From: an uncultured Planctomycetales bacterium
GTDB lineage: Bacteria > Omnitrophota > Gorgyraeia > Gygaellales > Profunditerraquicolaceae
Length of the DNA stretch: 64,000 bases
NCBI GenBank assembly: GCA_964645795.1
Contig: CAZYCL010000004.1
Span: forward strand, 88,292 to 152,291
Direction of reading: 5' to 3'
Shown: positions 47,712 to 56,618 of the stretch, piece by piece
Numbering within the stretch: the stretch's first letter is position 1
Layout of the letters: every line of letters begins with the position of its first letter
Notes under the pieces: model-generated
What the model was told of the DNA's origin: nothing
The model's input: only the letters and a program-made list of their open reading frames with translations
The model's database searches: none
Translations under genes and position numbers: made by a program

Positions 47712-48140
47712 ATGGACCTAAGGACAAAAGCGCTGCTTAATTCGATCTGGGTCTTTCACATAAGCGCCGGTTCCTGCAATAACTGCGATATCGAGATACT
47801 TGATTGCCTGACACCCAGGCACGATGTCGAGAGGTTCGGCATCCAGCTTGTCGGCAGCGTCCGCCATGCGGACGCTTTGCTTATTACCGGGGCGATGAAC
47901 AAAAAAGCCGTGCCGCGCATGAAAAAGCTCTATGAGCAGGCCCCCAAGCCCTGCGTCGTGATAGCTGTCGGCCAGTGCGCCCTTTCACAGCATATGTTCA
48001 AGGATAGTTACAACATGGTTGGGCCCCTGGATACGATACTGCCGGTGGATCTTTATATTCCGGGCTGCCCTCCGAAGCCGGAGGCGATAATCTCGGGAAT
48101 AGTCAAGCTTGTAAACAAAATAAAAGGCAGCAAGGTCTAA
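47712..48140 (+). CDS. [NiFe] hydrogenase small subunit (NuoB/HycG/MbhJ-like)
   Basis: Proximal-cluster Cys: GSCNNCDIE...AVGQCA...PGCPP. 142 aa. Confidence 0.85.
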   Translation: MDLRTKALLNSIWVFHISAGSCNNCDIEILDCLTPRHDVERFGIQLVGSVRHADALLITGAMNKKAVPRMKKLYEQAPKPCVVIAVGQCALSQHMFKDSYNMVGPLDTILPVDLYIPGCPPKPEAIISGIVKLVNKIKGSKV

Positions 48141-48141
48141 A

Positions 48142-48573
48142 ATGGATATGAGGGAGAAGGTAAAAGAGGAGCTGGGTTCTAAGATCAGGCAGTGGCAGGA
48201 ACGTTCCAGCAGGCGCATCTATATCAGTATCGATCAAGACCAGATAGTGCCTGCTGTAGATTTGTTCTTTAAGAAGCTGGAACTGAGGTTTTGCACGGCC
48301 AGCGCCTGCCAGAACCCCGAAGGCTTTGAAATGCTGTATTTCTTCAGCCACGATAAGGCGGGAGAGGTGTATGTCTTGCGCACTTTTCTTAACGACAAGG
48401 ACAAGCCGCAAATAAACTCCATTACCCCGCTTTTTGCGGGCGCCGAGTGGATAGAGCGCGAGATCTGGGAGTTGATGGGGATAGATTTTGCCGGTCACCC
48501 CAACCTTAAAAGGCTGCTTTTGGCGGATGAGTGGCCGCAGGGCGAGTACCCGCTAAGGAAAGAGAAGCATTAA
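48142..48573 (+). CDS. NuoC/HycE-N-terminal (30-kDa) like subunit of group-4 hydrogenase
   Basis: 143-aa NuoC-family fold pattern (TPLFAGAEWIEREIWELMGIDFAGHP). Confidence 0.75.
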   Translation: MDMREKVKEELGSKIRQWQERSSRRIYISIDQDQIVPAVDLFFKKLELRFCTASACQNPEGFEMLYFFSHDKAGEVYVLRTFLNDKDKPQINSITPLFAGAEWIEREIWELMGIDFAGHPNLKRLLLADEWPQGEYPLRKEKH

Positions 48574-48574
48574 T

Positions 48575-49765
48575 ATGTCGCATAAAGTCATAGTCCCGAT
48601 AGGGCCGTATCACCCTCTGCAGGAAGAGCCGGAGTTCTTCCGTCTTTATGTCGAGGGAGAGAAGGTCGTAGATATCGATATTATCATCGGTTACAATCAT
48701 CGCGGCATAGAAAAGCTTTCCGAATCCAAGCATTATGACCAGGTCGCCTATCTTGTAGAGAGGATCTGCGGGATATGCTCTTCCAGCCACCCTTACGCAT
48801 ACGTGTTGGCAGTGGAAGACATCCTGGGCGGTGAGCATAATATAGTTCCCGAGAGGGCCCTGTATATCCGCACGATAGTGGATGAGCTTCAGAGGATCCA
48901 CAGCCATCTTCTCTGGCTGGGGCTGGCCGGCCACTTCATCGGATACAATACGGTCTGGATGTGGGCCTGGAAGCACCGCGAGCCGGTATTGGATATGTTC
49001 GAGGCCATCACCGGCAACCGCAACAATTACGCGATGTTCAAGGTAGGCGGGGTGCGCCGCGACATAGAGGAAAACGATATCCCGATGCTTAAAAAAATGC
49101 TGGATGAGCTTGTGCCGGGGCTGGAGCTGTTCCGGGGGGCGGTCATGGATGACCCGGTAATACAGGCAAGGCTTAAAGGCGTGGGCATCCTTACCAAACA
49201 ACAGGCCATAGACTGGTGCGTGGTGGGCCCGACCGCAAGGGCCTCCGGGGTCAATATCGACGTGCGCCGCGATGAGCCTTACGGGGCTTACGAGAAAGTC
49301 AATTGGACCGTATTTTTGGAGAAAGACGGGGATGTTTTTGCCAAGACCATTATAAGGATCCTGGAGATGCTTGACAGCGTGCATATTATCCGCCAGTGCC
49401 TGGATAAGATGCCCAGGGGCCCGATAGACGCGGATGTAAAGGAGGTCCCTGTCGGAGAGGGTGTAGGCCGGGTCGAAGCGCCCCGGGGAGAATGTTTTCA
49501 TTATGTTGTAAGCGACGGCACAAACCGGCCGGTAAGGCACAAGATCAGGGCCCCAAGTTTTATGAACGTCGCCTCCGATAAGGTATCCGCTGTAGGCGGC
49601 ACGATATCCGATGCCGCCATAACCCTGGCGGCAGTAGACCCCTGTTACTGCTGCACGGAACGGGTGGCGGTCCTGAAAAAGAGCGATAGCAGCCGGATAT
49701 TGAACGGCTGGGATCTGATACGGCTTTCCCGGGAGAAGACCGATAGCCTGAAAAGAGGGGTATAA
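48575..49765 (+). CDS. group-4 [NiFe] hydrogenase large (catalytic) subunit
   Basis: N-terminal Ni-binding motif RICGICSSSH and C-terminal DPCYCCTER (DPCxxC) motif. NuoD/HycE/MbhL-like, 396 aa. Confidence 0.9.
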   Translation: MSHKVIVPIGPYHPLQEEPEFFRLYVEGEKVVDIDIIIGYNHRGIEKLSESKHYDQVAYLVERICGICSSSHPYAYVLAVEDILGGEHNIVPERALYIRTIVDELQRIHSHLLWLGLAGHFIGYNTVWMWAWKHREPVLDMFEAITGNRNNYAMFKVGGVRRDIEENDIPMLKKMLDELVPGLELFRGAVMDDPVIQARLKGVGILTKQQAIDWCVVGPTARASGVNIDVRRDEPYGAYEKVNWTVFLEKDGDVFAKTIIRILEMLDSVHIIRQCLDKMPRGPIDADVKEVPVGEGVGRVEAPRGECFHYVVSDGTNRPVRHKIRAPSFMNVASDKVSAVGGTISDAAITLAAVDPCYCCTERVAVLKKSDSSRILNGWDLIRLSREKTDSLKRGV

Positions 49766-49768
49766 AAA

Positions 49769-50389
49769 ATGCAGGAGCCGGAGAACGTCAAGGCAAAGAT
49801 TTCCGAGATGTCCGAGCTTGCACTGGCCATGTGGCAGCTGACGCACCGCGCGTTTATGGAGCACAACCTGGAGTTGTTTCCCTGGATATTGGATAAAGAG
49901 AACAGGCTTAACAATCTTGAGAAAGAGGTGAGCTCCGGACTTGTGGAATTCGGAAAAATGACCCACTCCGAAGAAGAAAAATCCAGGGCCATGCTTTACT
50001 CCGGGATAGCCGGAGATTTTGAGCTTATCGGTGATTACTGTAAGGATATGCTGGAGCGCGTCCAGATCAAGATAGAGGAGAAGCTGCTTTTCGCGCAAGA
50101 GTCGGTAGACGAGTATCAGGTGCTCTACAAGAGGACGGAGGACGCCCTTGCCGAGGTGGACTTCGCCTTAAAGCGCAGCAATCCTTCGCTGGTAAAAGAG
50201 GTGGCCCGCAAGGACGAGCATATCGATGCCCTGGTGGACGAGTACAGGAATAAGCACAATCAGCGCCTTATCGAAGGCAAATGCAGCCCTTTTGCCTGCA
50301 ATATGTTCCTTAATATGCTCGACTTTACCGCCGCCGTTTATTACCACACCAAGAAAATAGCCAGGAGCATGCTTAAGCTAAAAGAATGA
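49769..50389 (+). CDS. PhoU-like (DUF47 / Na-Pi-cotransporter-associated-type) helical protein
   Basis: 206-aa all-helical protein with paired PhoU-like repeats (…HRAFMEHNLELFPWILDKENRLNNLEKEV…, …ARKDEHIDALVDEYRNKHNQRL…). Confidence 0.45.
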   Translation: MQEPENVKAKISEMSELALAMWQLTHRAFMEHNLELFPWILDKENRLNNLEKEVSSGLVEFGKMTHSEEEKSRAMLYSGIAGDFELIGDYCKDMLERVQIKIEEKLLFAQESVDEYQVLYKRTEDALAEVDFALKRSNPSLVKEVARKDEHIDALVDEYRNKHNQRLIEGKCSPFACNMFLNMLDFTAAVYYHTKKIARSMLKLKE

Positions 50390-52062
50390 ACGGTATTTTT
50401 GTCCAGCCACTCTTCAAGTTTGATTATCTCAGCGCCCCGATAGCCGTGGCGATAGGGGTATTCTTTATTTTCACGCTTATCTACTCCCTGGCTTATATGC
50501 GCCAGAAGAAGGCAGGGCCCCTTTATTACCTTTACATTATTCTTACGGCAGCGGTATCCGTGGCGGCGGTTGCATCCAATAACCTTATCATGTTATTGGT
50601 ATTTTGGGGTTTCCTTGGGTTGCTTTTGTATCTTTTGATCAACTTCGGGGACGAAGAGGCGCCGAAAGCGGCAAAAAAAGCGATGGTGATAGTGGGCGGC
50701 ACCGATGCGATGATGGTCCTGGGGGTAGCGCTTATCTATTATCTGGGTTCAAGTTTTCAGTTTGATTCCGCGAGGCTGGCGATGGACAACGGCCTGGCGG
50801 CGCTGGCATATGTTTGTATCGCCATAGGTTGTTTTGCCAAGGCCGGCGCTATGCCTTTTCATTCCTGGATACCGGATTGCGCCCAGAGCGCGCCTATTCC
50901 GGTCACCGCATATCTGCCGGCTTCCCTTGATAAACTTCTGGGGATATACCTGTTGATACGCTGTATCGGGATATTCGAGATGAACACCGCCGCCAACGTA
51001 TTCCTGGTGATAGTCGGGATGGTGACGATCGTGGCGGCGGTGATGATGGCGCTGGTGCAGCATAACCTAAAGAGGCTTCTTGGGTATCACGCCGTCTCTC
51101 AGGTCGGCTATATGGTACTGGGTATAGGGACAGGCAACCCCATCGGCATTGCCGGCGGGCTGTTCCATATGCTCAACCACGCGCTCTATAAATCCTGCCT
51201 TTTCTTTACCGCCGGAAACGTAGAGCAGCGTACCAGGAGCCTGGAGCTGGATAAGCTCGGCGGCCTGGCCAAACGCATGCCCCTGACCTATGCGAGCGCG
51301 GTCATCTCCAGCTTCTCAATATCCGGGATACCGCCGCTCAACGGATTCTTTTCAAAATGGATGATCTATCAGGGGATAATCTACTGTTTGATAAAAAACT
51401 CCGGTAAACCGCTCAACTTTGTTTATATCTTTGCGATACTGGCAGCGATGTTCGGCAGCGTCCTGACCCTGGCCAGTTTTATGAAGATGCTGCACGCCGT
51501 CTTCCTGGGCCAGAGGCTTGATTCCGGGTGCGAGAATATAAAAGAGGTCTCCTGGCTGATGTGGCTGCCGTGCGTATTCTTTTCGCTGACCTGCGTGTTA
51601 TTCGGGGTATTCGCCTTCTCCTTGCCGCTAAAACATTTTATCTTTCCCGCCGTATCCCTCTATCAGCCGGTTAGCGAGCAGGGGTTGTTCGGCAGATGGT
51701 CTCCGGTGCTGGCGACCTGCCTCATGCTGGCGGGATTGGTGTTGGGGATGCTGTTTTTTTATTTAGGCAATCTCAAAAAGCTTCTTCGTCGGGATTCAAG
51801 CTTTACCGGAGGCGAATGGGAGCAGTTAGAGGGGTCCGATATAGTCAGCGGGACGGAGTTTTACAACTCCATAAAGGAGTACGGCGCGCTTTCAACGGTT
51901 TATAAGCTGGCCCAGAAAGGGACGTTCGATATCTACGCCCAGGCAAAGAAGATCTTCATATTTTCAAAAGGCCTTATTTTCCTGCATAACGGTATATTGC
52001 CTACGTATCTGGTGTGGATGCTTCTGGGTATGATCGGGCTTTTTGCTTTTCTGACGCTCTAA
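50386..52062 (+). CDS. Mrp/NuoL-like antiporter-type membrane subunit (MnhA/MbhH-like)
   Basis: 558-aa polytopic protein with NuoL/MnhA family motifs (FHSWIPDCAQSAPIPVTAYL, FHMLNHALYKSCLFFTAGNV). Confidence 0.85.
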   Translation: MNGIFVQPLFKFDYLSAPIAVAIGVFFIFTLIYSLAYMRQKKAGPLYYLYIILTAAVSVAAVASNNLIMLLVFWGFLGLLLYLLINFGDEEAPKAAKKAMVIVGGTDAMMVLGVALIYYLGSSFQFDSARLAMDNGLAALAYVCIAIGCFAKAGAMPFHSWIPDCAQSAPIPVTAYLPASLDKLLGIYLLIRCIGIFEMNTAANVFLVIVGMVTIVAAVMMALVQHNLKRLLGYHAVSQVGYMVLGIGTGNPIGIAGGLFHMLNHALYKSCLFFTAGNVEQRTRSLELDKLGGLAKRMPLTYASAVISSFSISGIPPLNGFFSKWMIYQGIIYCLIKNSGKPLNFVYIFAILAAMFGSVLTLASFMKMLHAVFLGQRLDSGCENIKEVSWLMWLPCVFFSLTCVLFGVFAFSLPLKHFIFPAVSLYQPVSEQGLFGRWSPVLATCLMLAGLVLGMLFFYLGNLKKLLRRDSSFTGGEWEQLEGSDIVSGTEFYNSIKEYGALSTVYKLAQKGTFDIYAQAKKIFIFSKGLIFLHNGILPTYLVWMLLGMIGLFAFLTL

Positions 52063-52066
52063 GGCT

Positions 52067-52588
52067 ATGGAAATACATCTAATCCTGATATTCATGATCT
52101 GTTCGAGCATCGTGGCCGTAAGGACCAGGGATCTTATCTCAAGCGTTATCGCCCTGAGCGCAACCGGCCTGGGCCTGTGCCTGGCGTTCCTTGTGCTTAA
52201 GGCGCCCAACCTGGCCATAACCAGGCTGGTCATCGAGATACTTTGCGTGATCATCCTTATCAGGGCCACGATCAATAAAGACCTGCCTCTGGTAAAGGAC
52301 GGCCGCTGGATGTTCAACACCGTATCGACCCTGGTGTTTATCGCCGTTTTCCTGGCTTTTGCCTACATTGCGCTAAAGCACTTGCCTGAATTCGGCTCGC
52401 CCCTTATGCTCGTCTCCCGGGATTATCTGGCTATGGGCGTTGAAAAAACCGGCTCCGCCAATATCGTTACCGCCATAAGCTTTGATTTTCGCGGGCTCGA
52501 CGCCCTGGGCGAGGCAGCCATATTGTTTGCAGCAATACTTGGTGTCCTGGCCATAACTAGAAGGACGGGCAAGACCGATGAAAAATAA
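52067..52588 (+). CDS. Mrp antiporter subunit B-like membrane protein (MnhB/MbhD-like)
   Basis: Small polytopic protein in the position and shape of MnhB-domain subunits. Confidence 0.6.
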   Translation: MEIHLILIFMICSSIVAVRTRDLISSVIALSATGLGLCLAFLVLKAPNLAITRLVIEILCVIILIRATINKDLPLVKDGRWMFNTVSTLVFIAVFLAFAYIALKHLPEFGSPLMLVSRDYLAMGVEKTGSANIVTAISFDFRGLDALGEAAILFAAILGVLAITRRTGKTDEK

Positions 52589-53012
52589 AGAACCCGGAAT
52601 GACCCTGATAGTCAAGACCATAACGCGCCTGACCGTAGGCCTCATCTTGATCTACGCCATCTACATAGTCCTGCAGGGGCATATGAGCCCGGGCGGCGGT
52701 TTTGACGGCGGGGTGATCATCGCGCTCTCTTTTATCCATTTGATGCTGGCTTTCGGCAAAGATAAGGTCGTGGCTACCATAAGCGAGAAAAGAGGCCTGT
52801 TGCTCTCAAGCGTCGGCCTGACCTTGTTCTTATTCCTGGCGCGCCTGGGTTTTGTCAGGGAGGGCATCATACATAGCGAGTCGGGGCACTTCAAGCTATT
52901 CGGCGGCGGGCTCATTCCGTTATACGAAGTGTTTATCGCCCTTATGGTGGGGGCGGGGCTTTTTACCATATTCCTGGCACTGGCTTTGTTTACCGGAGAG
53001 AAGAAGCAATGA
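52578..53012 (+). CDS. Mrp antiporter subunit B-like membrane protein (MnhB/MbhE-like)
   Basis: 144 aa, 4 TM, the second MnhB-domain paralog as in Mbh operons. Confidence 0.6.
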   Translation: MKNKEPGMTLIVKTITRLTVGLILIYAIYIVLQGHMSPGGGFDGGVIIALSFIHLMLAFGKDKVVATISEKRGLLLSSVGLTLFLFLARLGFVREGIIHSESGHFKLFGGGLIPLYEVFIALMVGAGLFTIFLALALFTGEKKQ

Positions 53013-53347
53013 GCGCGTATTTTCTGTGTCTGGTGATGTTTGGCATCGGGCTTTACTGCATTTTGAGGAAAAGGAACATTATCAAGATGATCATTGGGCT
53101 TGGGATAATCGATTATTCGGTCAACCTGTTTTTTGTCCTGATCGGCTACCGCTCTAACGGCCGTTCCCCGATATTGGCGCCTGACCAGGACATCCTTAAT
53201 ATGGTCGATCCCCTGCCGCAAGCGGTGGTTCTGACCACCATAGTCATAGGATTGGCGGTAACGATGGTGGTAGTGGCGATAGCGGTAAGGATCTATGAGA
53301 AGTACGGCACATTCGATATCACCAAAATAAAGAGGCTGAAAGGTTGA
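53009..53347 (+). CDS. Mrp antiporter subunit C (MnhC/NuoK-like)
   Basis: 112 aa, 3 TM, NuoK/MnhC-like (MIIGLGIIDYSVNLFFVLIGY). Confidence 0.7.
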   Translation: MSAYFLCLVMFGIGLYCILRKRNIIKMIIGLGIIDYSVNLFFVLIGYRSNGRSPILAPDQDILNMVDPLPQAVVLTTIVIGLAVTMVVVAIAVRIYEKYGTFDITKIKRLKG

Positions 53348-54834
53348 AGACGCTCATATTCTTTATATTCATACCGCTGGGTTTTGCCTGCGCGATAGCC
53401 CTGGCAGGCCCCCGGTCCCGGCGCTTTGCCGAGGCCGCCGCAAACCTCGCCGGCCTGGTAATGGCGTCCTTTTCGCTCTACCTGGTGCAGATAGTCGCCG
53501 CGCATAAAAGCGTTGTCTACAAGATCGGCGGATGGTCATCGAGCCTGGGGATATGCCTGGTCGCCGACGGGCTGTCGGCCCTGATGCTGTTGCTGATCAA
53601 CTGCGTGTCAATGCTTGTGATGGTCTACTCCGTAACTTACATGAACGGGTACAGCGACCGGTGGAAGTTCTACGCGCTTTTCATGCTTTTATTGGCCGGG
53701 CTTAACGGCTTGGCTTTAAGCGGCGACATGTTCAACCTCTACGTATTCCTGGAGCTTACCTCCATTACCGCTTATATATTGGTGGCCTTCGGCATCTCCC
53801 CCGAGAGCCTGGAGGCATCCTTTAAATATGCGATCATGGGGACGCTAGCTTCTCTTTTTATCCTGCTGGGCATCGCTTTCGTGTACGCCCACGCCTCGAC
53901 CCTTAACATGGCCGGCATTGCCGCAGCGTTAACAGAGAGGCCCAACCCTGTCCTTACGGGCTTCGTATCGGTTTTGTTCCTGGCCGGCTTCGGGTTGAAG
54001 GCCGCGCTCGTGCCGTTCCACGCCTGGCTTGCCGACGCCCACTCGTCGGCGCCCTCTCCGGTCTCGGCACTGCTTTCGGGAGTGGTGATCAAGACCCTCG
54101 GCGTCTATGCAATAATGCGCGTTTTCTTCAATGTGCTTGGGGTTTCTGATAAGCTTGGCCTGGCATTGATGGTCCTGGGTTCGCTATCGATGATATTGGG
54201 GGCGCTTATGGCCATAGCCCAGAACGACATAAAAAGGATGTTTGCTTATTCAAGCGTTAGTCAGGTCGGCTACATAATCTTTGCCCTTGGCATAAACACG
54301 CCCCTGGCGATATTGGGCGCGGTATTCCATATGCTTAACCACGCCATCTTCAAGCCGCTGCTGTTTTTAAATGCCGGCTCCATCGAACGCGCCACCGGCA
54401 CGCGCGAGTTAAGCAGGATGGGAGGATTGAATAAAGATCTCCACTTTAGCGGATTTGCCGGCCTGATAGGCGCGATGAGTATTTCCGGAGTGCCTCCTTT
54501 TGGAGGATTCTGGAGCAAATTGATCATAATTATCGCTGCCCTGCAATCAGGGCACCTGGCATTCGCCATTATAGCGGTACTGGTAAGCATCGTGACCCTT
54601 GCTTATTACCTGAAATTCCAGACTTTTGCTTTCTTCGGTTCTCCCCGCCAGAAGCACGCGCAGTTAAAGGAAGCCTCTTGGTTCATGAAGCTGGCGATGT
54701 TTATTTTGGTGCTGGGCTGCGTCTTTTCGGCGCTGCTGGTCATACCGGGATTCGGACAGCTTATTGACTCGGCGGCGCAGGCGCTGCTATCGGGTGCCTA
54801 TTATAAAGAAACGGTTTTGGGGTTGTCGGGATGA
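53344..54834 (+). CDS. Mrp antiporter subunit D (MnhD/NuoM/N-like)
   Basis: 496 aa with FHAWLADAHSSAPSPVSALLSGV and FHMLNHAIFKPLLFLNAG motifs. TTG start overlapping the upstream stop. Confidence 0.85.
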   Translation: MKTLIFFIFIPLGFACAIALAGPRSRRFAEAAANLAGLVMASFSLYLVQIVAAHKSVVYKIGGWSSSLGICLVADGLSALMLLLINCVSMLVMVYSVTYMNGYSDRWKFYALFMLLLAGLNGLALSGDMFNLYVFLELTSITAYILVAFGISPESLEASFKYAIMGTLASLFILLGIAFVYAHASTLNMAGIAAALTERPNPVLTGFVSVLFLAGFGLKAALVPFHAWLADAHSSAPSPVSALLSGVVIKTLGVYAIMRVFFNVLGVSDKLGLALMVLGSLSMILGALMAIAQNDIKRMFAYSSVSQVGYIIFALGINTPLAILGAVFHMLNHAIFKPLLFLNAGSIERATGTRELSRMGGLNKDLHFSGFAGLIGAMSISGVPPFGGFWSKLIIIIAALQSGHLAFAIIAVLVSIVTLAYYLKFQTFAFFGSPRQKHAQLKEASWFMKLAMFILVLGCVFSALLVIPGFGQLIDSAAQALLSGAYYKETVLGLSG

Positions 54835-55328
54835 ACAAGATAAGGATAATACTGTTTTTAGAAACTTTCGCGCTCTGGCTGTTATTGAGCGGCTCCATAG
54901 ACCTTGAGCATGTAGCGGTAGCGGTTGCCTTGGGCGTGCTGGTCTCATATCTGACGGCTGACCTGTTTTCGCCGAAGCTTAAGGTATTCAGGGAGCCGAA
55001 GCGTTATTGCTGGCTCGTTTATTATATAGGCCTGTTCATCTGGGAGTGTATAAAGGCAAACATCGACGGCGCCTATCGCGTGATACATCCGCAGCTCCCC
55101 ATAAACCCCGGGATAGTCAAGGTCAAAACTACGCTTCAGTCCAATCTGGGGCTTACTTTCCTGGCTAACTCCCTTACCCTTAAACCGGGCACCATGACGG
55201 TGGACGTGGATAAGGAGGGCGGGTTTTTGTATATACACTGGGCCAATGTCGAGGCGACAGACGTGGATAAGGCCACTGAGCTTATCGTCAGGAAATTCGA
55301 GACGGTGCTTAAGAGGGTGTTCGAATGA
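54831..55328 (+). CDS. Mrp antiporter subunit E (MnhE-like)
   Basis: 165 aa with an N-terminal 2-TM region plus a soluble domain, MnhE-like. Position in the Mrp module supports the call. Confidence 0.6.
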   Translation: MNKIRIILFLETFALWLLLSGSIDLEHVAVAVALGVLVSYLTADLFSPKLKVFREPKRYCWLVYYIGLFIWECIKANIDGAYRVIHPQLPINPGIVKVKTTLQSNLGLTFLANSLTLKPGTMTVDVDKEGGFLYIHWANVEATDVDKATELIVRKFETVLKRVFE

Positions 55329-55684
55329 GAAGGGCGCGCTGGTTTTTCGGTTTGCTGGGTATAGCGGGAGTTTTCGCGGGGATCGTTATCCTGCCTTTGC
55401 CGTCTCTTTTGGAATGGCAATCGCCGCTTTCAAGAGTGATGTTCTTTTTCCTGGTTTTTTGCGGGACGTTCTGCCTGTGGCGCATACTAAAAGGCCCGAC
55501 CGCCGCGGACAGGGCGGTGGCGCTGGACATACTGGGGATACTCATCGTCGGTTTCTGCGCGATACTGGGGATAAATACCGGCAGGGACTGGTATATCGAT
55601 ATCGGCATCGCCTGGGTGCTCCAGAGCTTTATTTCGATACTGGCCCTGAGCAAATATTTGGAAGGCAAGGGATTCGATGAATGA
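55325..55684 (+). CDS. Mrp antiporter subunit F (MnhF-like)
   Basis: 119 aa, 3 TM, in the MnhF position. Confidence 0.6.
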   Translation: MRRARWFFGLLGIAGVFAGIVILPLPSLLEWQSPLSRVMFFFLVFCGTFCLWRILKGPTAADRAVALDILGILIVGFCAILGINTGRDWYIDIGIAWVLQSFISILALSKYLEGKGFDE

Positions 55685-56012
55685 AACGATAGGGTTCATT
55701 TTCATAATTATCGGGATAACCTTCGATTTCTTCGGTTGTTTGGGGCTCGTAAGGTTTCCCGATGTGTATAACCGGCTGCACTCTTCGATAAAATGCGTGA
55801 CCCTTGGGACCTGCAGCATCCTCTTCGGGCTGTTTTTATACAAAGGTTTTTCGCCTTGCGGCATCAAGGCGCTGCTTTGTATCGTGTTTTTGGTTTTGAC
55901 CGCTCCGGTTTCGGCGCACGCGCTGGCGCGTTCCGCGCATCGGTCCGGGGCCAAGCTCTGGGAAAAATCGGTTTGCGATAAGTATGCAGAGGACAAAGAT
56001 GCGCTATCCTAA
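55677..56012 (+). CDS. Mrp antiporter subunit G (MnhG-like)
   Basis: 111 aa, 3 TM, MnhG-like (MNETIGFIFIIIGITFDFFGCLGLVRFPDVYNRLH). Confidence 0.7.
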   Translation: MNETIGFIFIIIGITFDFFGCLGLVRFPDVYNRLHSSIKCVTLGTCSILFGLFLYKGFSPCGIKALLCIVFLVLTAPVSAHALARSAHRSGAKLWEKSVCDKYAEDKDALS

Positions 56013-56610
56013 GCTAAGAGAGTTAAAAGAAGCGATAAAGGCGCTTATCAGGGGGCCGTATACCAGCCGCTTCCCGCGCCAGCCGCACCGGCCTTATGAG
56101 AAGTTCAGGGGAAGGCCGTACTTCTATGAAGAAGAATGTACGGGTTGCGGCGCCTGCGCGCAGGTCTGTCCTACGGGGGCCATAAGCCTTGAGGATATAG
56201 TGGATGAGAAAGGGGCAAGGCGCGTCTTGACCATACGCTGGGATATCTGTATTTTTTGCGGTAACTGTCAGGCAAACTGCCTTACCGCAAAAGGGATAGT
56301 GCTTTCCCGGGAGTTTGATTTCTCGACCGTCGGCAAGAGAGAGGATCTGAGGCAGAAGATCGAAAAGAGGTTTGTTCTATGCGAATGCTGCGGGGCCCCC
56401 ATCGTGCCGGCCGATCAGTATAAATGGGTAAGCTTGCGGCTTGGGCCGCTATGTTTTGCCAATGCCTCGCTCTTGCTTTCTTATTTACGGCTCCAGGGGC
56501 TGGCCGAACCGGATACGGGCGAGCGCCCCAAGGAAGCCGGATTACTTCGTTCTGACCGCATAAGGCTTTTGTGCCCTGCCTGCCGCCGCCAGGCGGTAAT
56601 CACTTCATAG
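55984..56610 (+). CDS. NuoI/MbhN-like 2x[4Fe-4S] ferredoxin subunit
   Basis: CTGCGACAQVCP and CIFCGNCQANC motifs. An alternative ATG start lies at 55999. Confidence 0.8.
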   Translation: MQRTKMRYPKLRELKEAIKALIRGPYTSRFPRQPHRPYEKFRGRPYFYEEECTGCGACAQVCPTGAISLEDIVDEKGARRVLTIRWDICIFCGNCQANCLTAKGIVLSREFDFSTVGKREDLRQKIEKRFVLCECCGAPIVPADQYKWVSLRLGPLCFANASLLLSYLRLQGLAEPDTGERPKEAGLLRSDRIRLLCPACRRQAVITS

Positions 56611-56618
56611 AACTGCGC

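Noticed and set aside
48506-50098. 530-aa minus-strand ORF overlapping the hydrogenase large-subunit and PhoU-like genes
   Set aside because: The plus strand here encodes a protein with unmistakable [NiFe] large-subunit Ni-binding motifs (RICGICSSSH, DPCYCCTER). The minus-strand translation is low-complexity with no recognisable motif. This is a spurious antisense ORF, as expected in GC-rich coding sequence.
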